Shown here piece by piece: positions 15,375-25,128 of a DNA stretch of 64,000 nucleotides. The translations under genes and the position numbers were made by a program. The first letter of the stretch is position 1. Each line of letters starts with the position of its first letter. The stretch comes from a virus, in IMG/VR virus record IMGVR_UViG_3300041586_000126, positions 1-64,000 of that record; one strand, 5' to 3'. The notes below the pieces were generated by a model that ran no database searches, was not told where the DNA came from, and saw only the letters and a list, made by a program, of their open reading frames with translations.

Positions 15375-17009
15375 ATGGAAACAAAAATTCATTATGGTAA
15401 AGATGCCAGAACAAAGTTACAAAACGGTATAGATAAACTAGCAGATGCTGTAGTATCTACTTTAGGACCAAATGGTCGAAATGTAGTAATATTTAGAGGG
15501 TCTCAAGATGCTCCACAATCTACTAAGGATGGTGTTACGGTGGCTAAAGCTTTTTTATTAGATGATCCTAGTGAAGAATTAGGAGTGTTACTAATTAAAC
15601 AAGCAGCAGTTAAAACCGCCGAAAAAGCAGGTGATGGTACAACTACATCTACTTTATTAGCTAGGGAAATGATTCGTAAGGGTTTATCTCATTTAGATAA
15701 TGGGGAAAATGCTGTTGAAATTAAAAGACAAATTGAAGGAGCTATTAAAGAAGTAGTAGCAGACTTAAGGAGTAATGTATCTGAAAATATATCATCCGAG
15801 GATCAACTGGAACAGATAGCTACAATTTCTGCAAATAATGACATTGAAACAGGTAAATTAATTGCTCAGGCCATTAATAAAGTAGGATTAGAGGGTGTAG
15901 TACATATAGAGGAATCCAAAACTGGGGATACTTACCTTGAAACCGTTGAAGGAATGCAGTTTGATCGTGGGTATAAGTCACCTTACTTTGTTACAGATAA
16001 CAACACTATGTCCTGTACTTTAGATAACCCCTCAATATTAATTTTAGATCAAAGGTTAAATACCGTGAAGGAATTATTACCTATACTTGAAGCAGTATCT
16101 AGCCAAGGAAAATCTCTATTAATTATTGCCGAGGATATTGATAATGAAGCACTAGCCACTCTAATTGTAAACAAGATGAGAGGTACGTTTAATGTATGTG
16201 CTGTTAAATCTCCTGATTTTGGGGAAAGAAGAAAACTTATTTTGGAAGATATTGCTAATCTAACAGGTGGTGTGGTATTTAGTAAAGATAAAGGTATGAA
16301 GCTGGACAAATTCAGTTGGGATTGGTTTGGTGAAGCTCGAATAGCAACCATTACAAAAGAACAAACTACTATAGTAGATGGTAAGGGAGATGCTGAGGTA
16401 ATAGGAAAACGAGTTGACGAGTTACAAATGCAAATCGAAAAAAGTAAAACTCCTTACGAAAAAGAACAACTACAAAATAGATTATCTAAATTTGTTGGTG
16501 GTGTAGCTATTGTTCACGTTGGGGGAGGAACTGAAACTGAGATGTTGGAAAAAAAGGATAGAGTTGATGATGCACTTCATGCTACAAAAGCAGCTATTGA
16601 AGAGGGTATTGTACCTGGAGGTGGTAAAGCATTGTTAGTTGCACGTGAAGCCATTACTCGTGGTAGTATAGGTGCAAAAATTGTATATGATGCTTGTGGT
16701 ATGCCCTTTGAGCAAATCTTAGCGAATGCTGGTATTACCAAAACTGATTCTAGTATACTAGCACGAGATATTATCAAAAATGATGGTACATGGTTTTCAT
16801 ATAATCTTAGAACATCTGAAGTTGAAAATTTTAAAGAAGCAGGTATTATTGATCCTACTAAAGTTACGAGATTAGCACTTGAAAACGCCGCCTCTGTAGC
16901 AGGAACAGTTCTATTAACTGAATGTACTTTAACTCAAGATAAAACATCTCAATTAGAAAAAATGAGAATGTTAGATTCTAACTCCCAAATGGGAGGAGGA
17001 ATGATGTAA
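15375..17009 (+). CDS. groEL: Chaperonin GroEL
   Basis: TLGPNGRNV, TKDGVTVA, AGDGTTT, EGMQFDRGY, GGGMM tail. Confidence 0.97.
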   Translation: METKIHYGKDARTKLQNGIDKLADAVVSTLGPNGRNVVIFRGSQDAPQSTKDGVTVAKAFLLDDPSEELGVLLIKQAAVKTAEKAGDGTTTSTLLAREMIRKGLSHLDNGENAVEIKRQIEGAIKEVVADLRSNVSENISSEDQLEQIATISANNDIETGKLIAQAINKVGLEGVVHIEESKTGDTYLETVEGMQFDRGYKSPYFVTDNNTMSCTLDNPSILILDQRLNTVKELLPILEAVSSQGKSLLIIAEDIDNEALATLIVNKMRGTFNVCAVKSPDFGERRKLILEDIANLTGGVVFSKDKGMKLDKFSWDWFGEARIATITKEQTTIVDGKGDAEVIGKRVDELQMQIEKSKTPYEKEQLQNRLSKFVGGVAIVHVGGGTETEMLEKKDRVDDALHATKAAIEEGIVPGGGKALLVAREAITRGSIGAKIVYDACGMPFEQILANAGITKTDSSILARDIIKNDGTWFSYNLRTSEVENFKEAGIIDPTKVTRLALENAASVAGTVLLTECTLTQDKTSQLEKMRMLDSNSQMGGGMM

Positions 17010-17044
17010 ACACTTAATCAATTAATCAATAAATAATAATAAAA

Positions 17045-17212
17045 ATGAGTAAACAAGAAATTTTTGAAGCAATGGAAGGTCATTTTCATACTTTAGCAGA
17101 AAACAATTCAGGGACTACAAAATCCTCACAACAAAGAGCACGTTCTGCGGCTATGTCAATCAAGAAACTGGTTACAGATTATAAAAAAGCATCTGTAGAA
17201 GAATCTAAATAA
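17045..17212 (+). CDS. Histone H1-like (Hc1-like) small basic protein
   Basis: MSKQEIFEAMEGHFHTLAENNSGTTKSSQQRARSAAMSIKKLVTDYKKASVEESK; RAR..A..IKKL...Y+K.S pattern. Confidence 0.7.
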   Translation: MSKQEIFEAMEGHFHTLAENNSGTTKSSQQRARSAAMSIKKLVTDYKKASVEESK

Positions 17213-17219
17213 TTTAATT

Positions 17220-17251
17220 GAGGGAGTGTTAGGCTCCCTCATTTATTTTTT
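17220..17251 (+). terminator. Intrinsic terminator
   Basis: GAGGGAG-loop-CTCCCTC followed by ATTTATTTTTT. Confidence 0.75.
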
Positions 17252-17258
17252 GTATATT

Positions 17259-17531
17259 ATGGATATGGAAGACACTAAAATCATGGAATTCCCAATGCTT
17301 ATTGCTAGAAGACAACCACCATCAGATCGTTGGAGGCTAGTTAGTGATGAACCTGACGGGACTATATATAAAACATTAACAGATACTCTCGAGGCATATA
17401 TGTCTAAAACAGAGTTTAAGGGTGATTACAAACTATCACCTTTAGAAGGAAAATTATTTGCTATAAATGTAGAGGAAGTAATTATGGAAAAACCAATAGA
17501 AAAAAAATTCTCATTATACGGTGAGTATTGA
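17259..17531 (+). CDS. Hypothetical protein
   Basis: ORF; start moved downstream of the terminator. Confidence 0.65.
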   Translation: MDMEDTKIMEFPMLIARRQPPSDRWRLVSDEPDGTIYKTLTDTLEAYMSKTEFKGDYKLSPLEGKLFAINVEEVIMEKPIEKKFSLYGEY

Positions 17532-17534
17532 TTT

Positions 17535-18452
17535 ATGGATAATACAGAAAACACATTACTGAACGAAAAACATAGGCCCTCTAGTTTAGATAACTATGTT
17601 GGCAATGCTAACTTAAAATTATCAATTGCTGCCCAACTAGAAAACAATGATATACAGAACTATTTATTTTATGGTACAGCGGGAGTAGGTAAAACTACAT
17701 TAGCTAAAATCATTGTAGGTAAACTTAATTGTGATTATCTTTACATCAATGCGAGTGATGAAAGAGGAATTGAGACTATTAGGGATAAGGTATCAAGTTT
17801 TGCAAGTGTTGCATCTTTTAAACCAATTAAAGTAGTAATTTTAGATGAAGCCGATTTTTTAACAATACAGGCTCAAGCATCACTCAGAAATATTATTGAA
17901 ACATTTTCACGTACTACTAGGTTTATTTTAACCTGTAATTACGTGGAAAGAATTATAGACCCCTTACAATCAAGATGTCAAACCTTTAAAATAATACCAC
18001 CTACAAAAAAAGAAGTAGCAGAACATATAGCAAATATTTGTGATATTGAAAGCATTAGTTATGAACCAAATGCCATTGGAAAAATCGTTAACAGGTTTTA
18101 TCCTGATATACGCAAAATGCTTAATACAATTCAATCAAGTAGTACTGGAGGGGAATTAAAGATTGATGATTCTTTACTTATCTCAACGGGTTATATGTCT
18201 GCTATTGTAGGTGAATTACAATTAAAAACACCCCAAATTAAAAAAATAAGGCAAATATTAGCTAATTCAAATATTGATGATTTTGAGGATTTATTTAGAT
18301 ACTTGTTTGAAAATGCAGAGGAATACCTCCCAGGTAAAATGGGTACAGCAGCAATTTTAATAAATGATCATCAATATAAGGCTAATTTTCGCTTAGATAA
18401 AGAAATTAATATAATAAGTTGCATCCACAGTTTAATAGAATCAAAAAACTAA
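17535..18452 (+). CDS. Clamp loader AAA+ subunit (RFC/gp44-like)
   Basis: EKHRP, GTAGVGKTT, INASDERGIETIR, ILDEAD, LQSRC. Confidence 0.93.
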   Translation: MDNTENTLLNEKHRPSSLDNYVGNANLKLSIAAQLENNDIQNYLFYGTAGVGKTTLAKIIVGKLNCDYLYINASDERGIETIRDKVSSFASVASFKPIKVVILDEADFLTIQAQASLRNIIETFSRTTRFILTCNYVERIIDPLQSRCQTFKIIPPTKKEVAEHIANICDIESISYEPNAIGKIVNRFYPDIRKMLNTIQSSSTGGELKIDDSLLISTGYMSAIVGELQLKTPQIKKIRQILANSNIDDFEDLFRYLFENAEEYLPGKMGTAAILINDHQYKANFRLDKEINIISCIHSLIESKN

Positions 18453-18471
18453 CAATAAATAATAAATAATT

Positions 18472-18717
18472 ATGAACCAAAAATCAACACCACAACTAAA
18501 TATAGATTTAAGTAATACCACAGGAATTTTAAACTCTGAGGGTGGGAGTATTTTCGTAAGTGGAGTAATTCTAAGAAAAATTTCTAAATTTATAGCAGGA
18601 ACAGATAGTGATGCTATTATGCCCATCCCTGTATTTTATGATCCTCTTTCAATGAAAATCCTAGGAGAAGGTATACCCGTAGAGTTAAGGGAAGAATTAA
18701 AGGATGAACTTATATAA
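18472..18717 (+). CDS. Hypothetical protein
   Basis: ORF in the replication operon. Confidence 0.7.
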   Translation: MNQKSTPQLNIDLSNTTGILNSEGGSIFVSGVILRKISKFIAGTDSDAIMPIPVFYDPLSMKILGEGIPVELREELKDELI

Positions 18718-19131
18718 ATGAAAAATATATTTTGTTGGATTAAGGAGATAAATTCAAAAAAATCTCCTGCATCCTCCTTTACTGAGGCTGAATGGGATTT
18801 ATTTAATGCCTTCATGATACATAAATTTATGTCTCAAAATACTCAATATATAGAAGTAGTTAATATGGCACAAGCCATTCCTACCCTAGAAAAAGTTATG
18901 ATATATAATGTGTATAAGGAGTTTATTCCCCGAAATAACAATTGGAGCAAATACATTAAATCTTCAGTTAAACGAATTAACACCCAATTAGCAGATCACT
19001 TAAGGGATCACTTTCAATGTTCATCAAGGGAGATAACAGAATACTTAAAATTATTGGATACCACAGAAATAAATCGTATATTAACGAATAGAGGTATAGA
19101 TAAAAAGGAACTTAAACAATTGTTAAAATGA
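18718..19131 (+). CDS. Putative small clamp-loader subunit (gp62-like)
   Basis: FNAFMIHKFMS...IEVVN...KYIK pattern, position next to the gp44-like gene. Confidence 0.6.
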   Translation: MKNIFCWIKEINSKKSPASSFTEAEWDLFNAFMIHKFMSQNTQYIEVVNMAQAIPTLEKVMIYNVYKEFIPRNNNWSKYIKSSVKRINTQLADHLRDHFQCSSREITEYLKLLDTTEINRILTNRGIDKKELKQLLK

Positions 19132-19355
19132 CAACACTACTTTATAAAATGCTATTATCATCTGCAGAAGCGGACAAAGCAAAATCAATGTTATCCCTGG
19201 ATTTATTAGGTAAACATGCAGTTGGAATAGGTGACCATTCTACAGGAGATTTTTATAAAAACGCAGAAGAAGCACTTTCAATGTTAGTAGATGCGGATGA
19301 TAGATTGGAAACCTTACATAAATATTTTACTAAAACAACACAAATCAATGGGTAG
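19128..19355 (+). CDS. Hypothetical protein
   Basis: ORF with AVGIGDHSTGDFY motif. Confidence 0.7.
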   Translation: MTTLLYKMLLSSAEADKAKSMLSLDLLGKHAVGIGDHSTGDFYKNAEEALSMLVDADDRLETLHKYFTKTTQING

Positions 19356-19923
19356 TTCAATTACTAAATACGAAGAAATTATGAGTGATAGAGAAATTAT
19401 GAACGCAAAAAATCAAAGTAGAGATTCTTTAACAGGGGGGACATACACATTCCCAACTACTGGATCACCAACTATGTGTGAGACATTTTCAACATCAGCA
19501 ACCCTACCAAGTATGTATGAGAGATTTTCACCAGCAACAACCCTACCAAATGGTACTGGGTTTTCACCCAAAGAATTTTTAAGTGACGAAGCAAAGACGA
19601 CAATACATTTTGAACATAAATATCCAGAATTAGCAAATGAGTTTAAAAACATACAACAAGAGCAATACGAATTATTTTCACGGAAAATGATTTCATATGG
19701 GAGGGGTAATATCTCCTTAGGGGGTAACTTAGAAAATAAAGAAGATAAACAACTCTCCCTAACCTCTATATGGATTAGGATGATTGATAAAATGAATAGG
19801 TTAAAAAATATGGTGGTTAAAAACCACACCAACCCCCTAGAAGATGAATCTATAGAAGATACCTGGAGGGATATTTCAAATTATGCTTTAATAGCTTTAT
19901 TAGTAGGGAAAGATAAATGGTGA
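19348..19923 (+). CDS. Nucleotide-modification-associated (DUF1599/Nmad1-like) all-alpha protein
   Basis: K..SYG..NI...IRMIDKMNRL...ESIEDTWRDISNYAL. Confidence 0.7.
   Translation: MGSSITKYEEIMSDREIMNAKNQSRDSLTGGTYTFPTTGSPTMCETFSTSATLPSMYERFSPATTLPNGTGFSPKEFLSDEAKTTIHFEHKYPELANEFKNIQQEQYELFSRKMISYGRGNISLGGNLENKEDKQLSLTSIWIRMIDKMNRLKNMVVKNHTNPLEDESIEDTWRDISNYALIALLVGKDKW
19473..19550 (+). repeat. Imperfect 39-bp in-frame tandem duplication
   Basis: TATGTGTGAGACATTTTCAACATCAGCAACCCTACCAAG / TATGTATGAGAGATTTTCACCAGCAACAACCCTACCAAA. Confidence 0.75.
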
Positions 19924-19973
19924 TAACCTATCATTTTTCGACAAAATCCCCATATGTATAATAAAACATAGAT

Positions 19974-20639
19974 ATGAAAAATAAAATATGTACTAAATGT
20001 CATAAAAATTTAAGCTTAAGTTCCTTTAATAAATTAAAAATTTCTAAGGATGGTTTAGCTTATGAGTGTAAGTTATGTGGTGGGGAAAGAAATAAAAAGT
20101 ATAATAAAGATAATAAGGAGAAAATATCACTTACCCATAAAAAACACTATCAAAAAAATAAAAAAACAATAATTGAAAATTCAAAGGTATACAATGAAAA
20201 AAATTATGAAAAAATTAAAGAATATAAAAAATCATACTTAGAAAACCCCACAAATAAAGAAATACAAAAACTAAATGTCAAAGAGTGGAGAACAGAAAAT
20301 ATAGAACATCATAGAAAAACTAGAAGAGAATATATGAGGGATTACAGAAAAACAAACCCCAATTATATTTTAAAAGAAAATGTAAGTCATTACATTAGAA
20401 GGGTTTTAAATGGTGGAAAAAGTGGTTCATATGAAAAATATTTAGGTTGTAATATTGAGGAATATAAGAAATATTTAGAAAATCAATTTGATGAAAAAAT
20501 GACTTGGGAAAGTTATGGTAAGGATGGGTATTGGGAAATTGACCATATTATACCTACTAGTAAGGGGGGTAGCTTCCATTATACTAATACTAGACCCTTA
20601 TCAATTTTTGAAAATCGAAGTAAAAAAGACAAATTATAG
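19974..20639 (+). CDS. HNH homing endonuclease
   Basis: CTKC..CKLC, LGCNIEE...MTWESYG...WEIDHIIP..GG.FHYTN.RPL...NRSK. Confidence 0.88.
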   Translation: MKNKICTKCHKNLSLSSFNKLKISKDGLAYECKLCGGERNKKYNKDNKEKISLTHKKHYQKNKKTIIENSKVYNEKNYEKIKEYKKSYLENPTNKEIQKLNVKEWRTENIEHHRKTRREYMRDYRKTNPNYILKENVSHYIRRVLNGGKSGSYEKYLGCNIEEYKKYLENQFDEKMTWESYGKDGYWEIDHIIPTSKGGSFHYTNTRPLSIFENRSKKDKL

Positions 20640-20642
20640 GTT

Positions 20643-21611
20643 ATGGCTAAGAAATTACCACAAATAGTAAAAGATATTAGGAATAACCCACCTACACCGG
20701 TTAATTATGCATTTCAAAAGAATATATCATATTCCCAAATGTCAATTTATAGGGATTGCCAATATCGTTGGAAATTACAATATAAGGACAAGAAACGTAA
20801 ATTTACATCTAGTATACATACTGTTTTTGGGAGTGCAATTCATGAGGTAATGCAACATTATTTGGATGTTATGTACAACAAAAATGGGGTTATAGCAAAT
20901 AAAATAGATATTGAAGAATTATTCCGAGAAAAGTATATAGGGGAATACCAAAAACAATATAAGGCCAATAAGGGTAATCATTTCTCTAATGCCGAGGAAA
21001 TGAGGGAGTTTTTTGAAGATGGTATTGGAATTCTAAATTGGTTTAAGAAGAAAAAAAGTGGATATTTTAGTAAAAGAGGAACCTATTTAGTAGGTTGTGA
21101 AATACCTATTATCATTCCCCCTAATAAAATGTCGAATAATGTATTATATACGGGGTATTTAGATGTTGTTATGTACCACGAACCAACAGATACATTTAAG
21201 ATAATCGATATAAAGACATCAACTAAATCATGGGGGGATCAAGATAAAAAGAATGAGAATAAACAATTTCAACTACTATTATACAAACAATATTTCTCTG
21301 AACAATACTCAATACCTCTAGATAAGATTGATATTGAGTTTTTTATATTAAAAAGAAAAGTATTAGATTGGGATGATGATAAATTGAGATCACCACACCA
21401 ATCCTATAGGGTGCAAACCTTTACACCCCCTAGTGGTAAAATAAAATTAAATAGAGCAAAATTAGCAGTTAATAGTTTTATCAATGAATGTTTTAATTCT
21501 AATGGAAAAATTAAAGAAAAAGAATACCCTAAATCACCAAGTAAGTGGGGTTGTAAGTTTTGTCCTTATTCTCATGATGAATTATGTGGTGCCGGAAAAT
21601 TATTTGACTAA
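20643..21611 (+). CDS. PD-(D/E)XK nuclease (Cas4/RecB-like, Fe-S cysteines)
   Basis: SYSQ....C, FGSAIHE, GYLDVV, IIDIKTS, QLLLY, CKFCPY...C. Confidence 0.88.
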   Translation: MAKKLPQIVKDIRNNPPTPVNYAFQKNISYSQMSIYRDCQYRWKLQYKDKKRKFTSSIHTVFGSAIHEVMQHYLDVMYNKNGVIANKIDIEELFREKYIGEYQKQYKANKGNHFSNAEEMREFFEDGIGILNWFKKKKSGYFSKRGTYLVGCEIPIIIPPNKMSNNVLYTGYLDVVMYHEPTDTFKIIDIKTSTKSWGDQDKKNENKQFQLLLYKQYFSEQYSIPLDKIDIEFFILKRKVLDWDDDKLRSPHQSYRVQTFTPPSGKIKLNRAKLAVNSFINECFNSNGKIKEKEYPKSPSKWGCKFCPYSHDELCGAGKLFD

Positions 21612-21703
21612 CATAACTCTTAATTGTGTTTAAACGATAATATGTATCTTAATATAGTTATATATATGTATAATCGTAAATAATAATATTTAAAATAACA
21701 ATT

Positions 21704-21892
21704 ATGTCAGACGAAAAAAAAATGATACTAACTAGTGTCAAAGTGAAAAGTGATTTATTTCAAGAATTTAGAGTTGAATGTGTAAGAAGAAAATTTAGTT
21801 TTCAAAAACTTGCCGACCGTGCACTATTTTTATACTTAACAAACGAGGACTTTAGAAAGCAGATCTCCAATCAAACAAACATAGAAATATAA
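21704..21892 (+). CDS. Small ribbon-helix-helix-like regulator
   Basis: LTSVKV strand followed by two helices. Confidence 0.55.
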   Translation: MSDEKKMILTSVKVKSDLFQEFRVECVRRKFSFQKLADRALFLYLTNEDFRKQISNQTNIEI

Positions 21893-21927
21893 TAACCTAA
21901 GTAAAATTAAACAAATAATAAATAAAT

Positions 21928-23391
21928 ATGCCTAACATTCAAAATGCCCATTTTCATCACGTTGAGCAAAATCAACGTAAGAAGATAATTTTAGTCTGTG
22001 ACGATATCAGAGTGCATTCTGGAGTAGCAACCATTGCAAAAGAAATTGTAATACATACCTCCCACCACTTTAATTGGGTAAATGTAGCGGGAGCGATACA
22101 ACACCCCGAAAAAGGTAAAAAACTAGACATATCAATCTCTATAAATAAGGAAGCTGGAATAGAAGATTCATCAGTATTTCTATATTGTGTGGAAGGATAT
22201 GCTCAACCCCAAGAACTACAACATATTTTATCAATTGAAAAACCTGATGCTGTAATGTTAATAACAGATCCAAGGTATTTTAGACATATTTTTAATATGG
22301 AAGATGAAATTAGAAAACATTGTCCCTTAGTTTATTTAAATATATGGGATAATTATCCAGTTCCCATGTATAACAAACCTTATTATGAGGCTTGCGATTT
22401 ATTGATGGGTATTTCAAAACAGACTGTTAACATCAATAAATTAGTTTTAAAAGATTGTGATAATAGCAAAAGGGTATTTAAATATATCCCACATGGGTTA
22501 AACCATAATCAATTTTATCCTATAACAAAAAGCAACACTGAATACACTGAATTTATTAATTTCAGAAATAATATTGTAGGGGGTGAGGATGTTGATTTTA
22601 TAATGTTTTTTAACTCTAGAAATATTCGCAGAAAACAAATCCCAGATACCATGTTAGCTTTTAAAGCATTCTTAGATTCTCTCCCTAAAGAAAAAGCAGA
22701 TAAATGTAGATTTATACTACATACTGAATTATCTACAGATCACGGGACAGATTTGAATGCCGTAGCCGAATATTTATTTAGTGGAAAATATGAAAAAAAT
22801 ATTATATTTTCTCATAATAAATTATCAAGACAACAACTAAATTGGTTATACAACCTAGCTGATGTGCAAATCCTACTTACCTCTAATGAGGGTTGGGGGT
22901 TGACTATTACGGAGGCTATTCTAACAGGTACCCCTATAATTGCTAATGTAACAGGAGGTATGCAAGACCAAATGAGATTTGTTGATGACAAAGGAAAATG
23001 GTTCACTCCTAGTGCTAATATACCTTCTAATCACAGGGGCACTTATAAAGAACATGGTGAATGGGCATTTCCAGTTTATCCTACTTCAAGATCAATTCAA
23101 GGCTCACCTCAAACCCCATATATTTTTGATGATAGATGTACTTGGGAAGATGCATCTAAAAGAATAGAAGAGGTATATAAGTTAACAGACAAAGAACGTA
23201 AAGAAAAAGGATTAAAAGGTAGAGAATGGGCGATAGGTAAAGAAGCAGGGTTTACAGCCGAACATCAAGCACAAAGAGTAATGGAAGCATTTGAAGAATT
23301 ATTTTTAGTTTGGGAACCTAGAAAGGATTTCGAAATAGTAAATGCAACCGAATATAAAGGAAGAACATTAAATCATAAAGTTATATATTAA
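21928..23391 (+). CDS. Glycosyltransferase (GT-B, family 4-like)
   Basis: YIPHG, SRNIRRK, LYNLADV..SNEGWGLTITEAILTGTPII. Confidence 0.9.
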   Translation: MPNIQNAHFHHVEQNQRKKIILVCDDIRVHSGVATIAKEIVIHTSHHFNWVNVAGAIQHPEKGKKLDISISINKEAGIEDSSVFLYCVEGYAQPQELQHILSIEKPDAVMLITDPRYFRHIFNMEDEIRKHCPLVYLNIWDNYPVPMYNKPYYEACDLLMGISKQTVNINKLVLKDCDNSKRVFKYIPHGLNHNQFYPITKSNTEYTEFINFRNNIVGGEDVDFIMFFNSRNIRRKQIPDTMLAFKAFLDSLPKEKADKCRFILHTELSTDHGTDLNAVAEYLFSGKYEKNIIFSHNKLSRQQLNWLYNLADVQILLTSNEGWGLTITEAILTGTPIIANVTGGMQDQMRFVDDKGKWFTPSANIPSNHRGTYKEHGEWAFPVYPTSRSIQGSPQTPYIFDDRCTWEDASKRIEEVYKLTDKERKEKGLKGREWAIGKEAGFTAEHQAQRVMEAFEELFLVWEPRKDFEIVNATEYKGRTLNHKVIY

Positions 23392-24665
23392 TGAACAAAC
23401 CAGTTTTTATAATCAGTTCACCAGTAGATACCTACTCAGGTTACGGAGGAAGAAGTAGAGATCTCATAAAATCCATAATAGAACTAGATAAATATGATGT
23501 TAAATTATTATCCCAAAAGTGGGGAGACACCCCAACAGGTTTTATAGATAACCATGACGAGTGGAAGTTCTTACAACCACTAATTATTCAAAATCTACAA
23601 TCTAAACCTGATATTTGGATGCAAATCACCATTCCAAGTGAATTTCAAGCAGTAGGTAAATATAATATAGGATGTACTGCAGGAATCGAGAGCACGGGGT
23701 GTGCTGTGAGTTGGATTGAAGGGTTAAATAAAATGGACATTAATTTAGTATCATCCCAACACAGCAAAAAAGTATTTGAAAGTATTAAATTTGAACAGAG
23801 AGATAAGATTACAAATACAGTTCAAGGGGTAATCAAACTAGAAAAACCAATTGAAGTAGTATTTGAGGGAGTAGACCTAGATACCTATTTTTACAAAACC
23901 CCACAGGATGTAAATTTAAATCTTGAAGAAATTAAAGAATCATTCTGTTTCCTATTTGTAGGTCATTGGATGGGTGGTGATATAGGGCATGATAGAAAAA
24001 ATGTTGGAGTCTTAGTAAGAAACTTCTTTGAAACGTTTAAGAACAAAAATATAACACCTGCTTTAATATTAAAATCAAGTGTGGGGAGAAATAGTTATTT
24101 AAGTCGGGAAGAATTACTACAAAAAATCAAAGTTATTAAAAACCAATACCCATCAGACACTAAATTACCTAATATTTATATTCTTAATGGAGGTCTATCG
24201 GATGAACAAATGAATGATTTATATAACCACCCCAAAATTAAAGCGATGGTTAGTTTTACTAAGGGTGAGGGTTATGGTAGACCCCTAGCAGAGTTTGGTA
24301 TAAGCAAAAAACCAATAATAGCATCAGGTTGGTCAGGTCAAGTCGATTTTCTAACTCCTGGAAATTGTATTTTATTACCGGGTAGCTTAGAGCCGGTACA
24401 CCATAGTGCAGCTAACCAGTGGTTACTAAAAGAAACACATTGGTTTAAGGTTGATGATAAAGCCTCTATGGATGCTTTTAGGGATGTTTATACTAATTAC
24501 AAGAAACACCTAATAGGAAGTAAAAAACACGGTCATTACATAAAAACAAATTTTTCATTTGGGGCTATGAAAGCGGTAGTAGGAAATATTTTAGACCTAC
24601 ATATCCCCCCTTTCCCTCAAGAAGTTAAATTATCTTTACCAAAATTAATAACACCCAAACTATAA
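23391..24665 (+). CDS. Glycosyltransferase (GT-B, family 4-like)
   Basis: SGYGGRSR, DRKNVG, TKGEGYGRPLAEF..SKKPIIASGWSG. Confidence 0.88.
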   Translation: MNKPVFIISSPVDTYSGYGGRSRDLIKSIIELDKYDVKLLSQKWGDTPTGFIDNHDEWKFLQPLIIQNLQSKPDIWMQITIPSEFQAVGKYNIGCTAGIESTGCAVSWIEGLNKMDINLVSSQHSKKVFESIKFEQRDKITNTVQGVIKLEKPIEVVFEGVDLDTYFYKTPQDVNLNLEEIKESFCFLFVGHWMGGDIGHDRKNVGVLVRNFFETFKNKNITPALILKSSVGRNSYLSREELLQKIKVIKNQYPSDTKLPNIYILNGGLSDEQMNDLYNHPKIKAMVSFTKGEGYGRPLAEFGISKKPIIASGWSGQVDFLTPGNCILLPGSLEPVHHSAANQWLLKETHWFKVDDKASMDAFRDVYTNYKKHLIGSKKHGHYIKTNFSFGAMKAVVGNILDLHIPPFPQEVKLSLPKLITPKL

Positions 24666-24669
24666 TAAT

Positions 24670-25116
24670 ATGGCAAACCATGATGAAATAATTAAATGTG
24701 CAAAATCCGGTGGCGATTTATGTTACAAAATAGAGGTAAGCAAAGATATAACGCAATATATGAGTTTATCGTGTGGTTTTTGGACCAACACATTAATGAA
24801 AATTGGGACCGATTTTTATGAGGAGCAGGTAGGCCTACTTCCTGAAATATATAAAGATTTATTATGGTTAGACCCCAATACTGAGTTAATATGGATTCCC
24901 AATACTATAAATATCCCTGAATTGGGGATGGTTTACGCTTCAGGAAATAATAAAGAAGAATGGTGTTGGTCGGCAGTCAAAGCGGTATTAAACGAAGAAG
25001 AATTAAATTCAGATGATTCTAAACCAAAATACAAAATGGATATGTCTACGTTATCCAAATTCAACGAGCGTGATTACATAGATGCTTTGAGTTACATAGG
25101 AATATTACCCACCTAA
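24670..25116 (+). CDS. Hypothetical protein
   Basis: ORF in the glycosyltransferase cluster. Confidence 0.7.
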   Translation: MANHDEIIKCAKSGGDLCYKIEVSKDITQYMSLSCGFWTNTLMKIGTDFYEEQVGLLPEIYKDLLWLDPNTELIWIPNTINIPELGMVYASGNNKEEWCWSAVKAVLNEEELNSDDSKPKYKMDMSTLSKFNERDYIDALSYIGILPT

Positions 25117-25128
25117 ACTAAAATAAAT

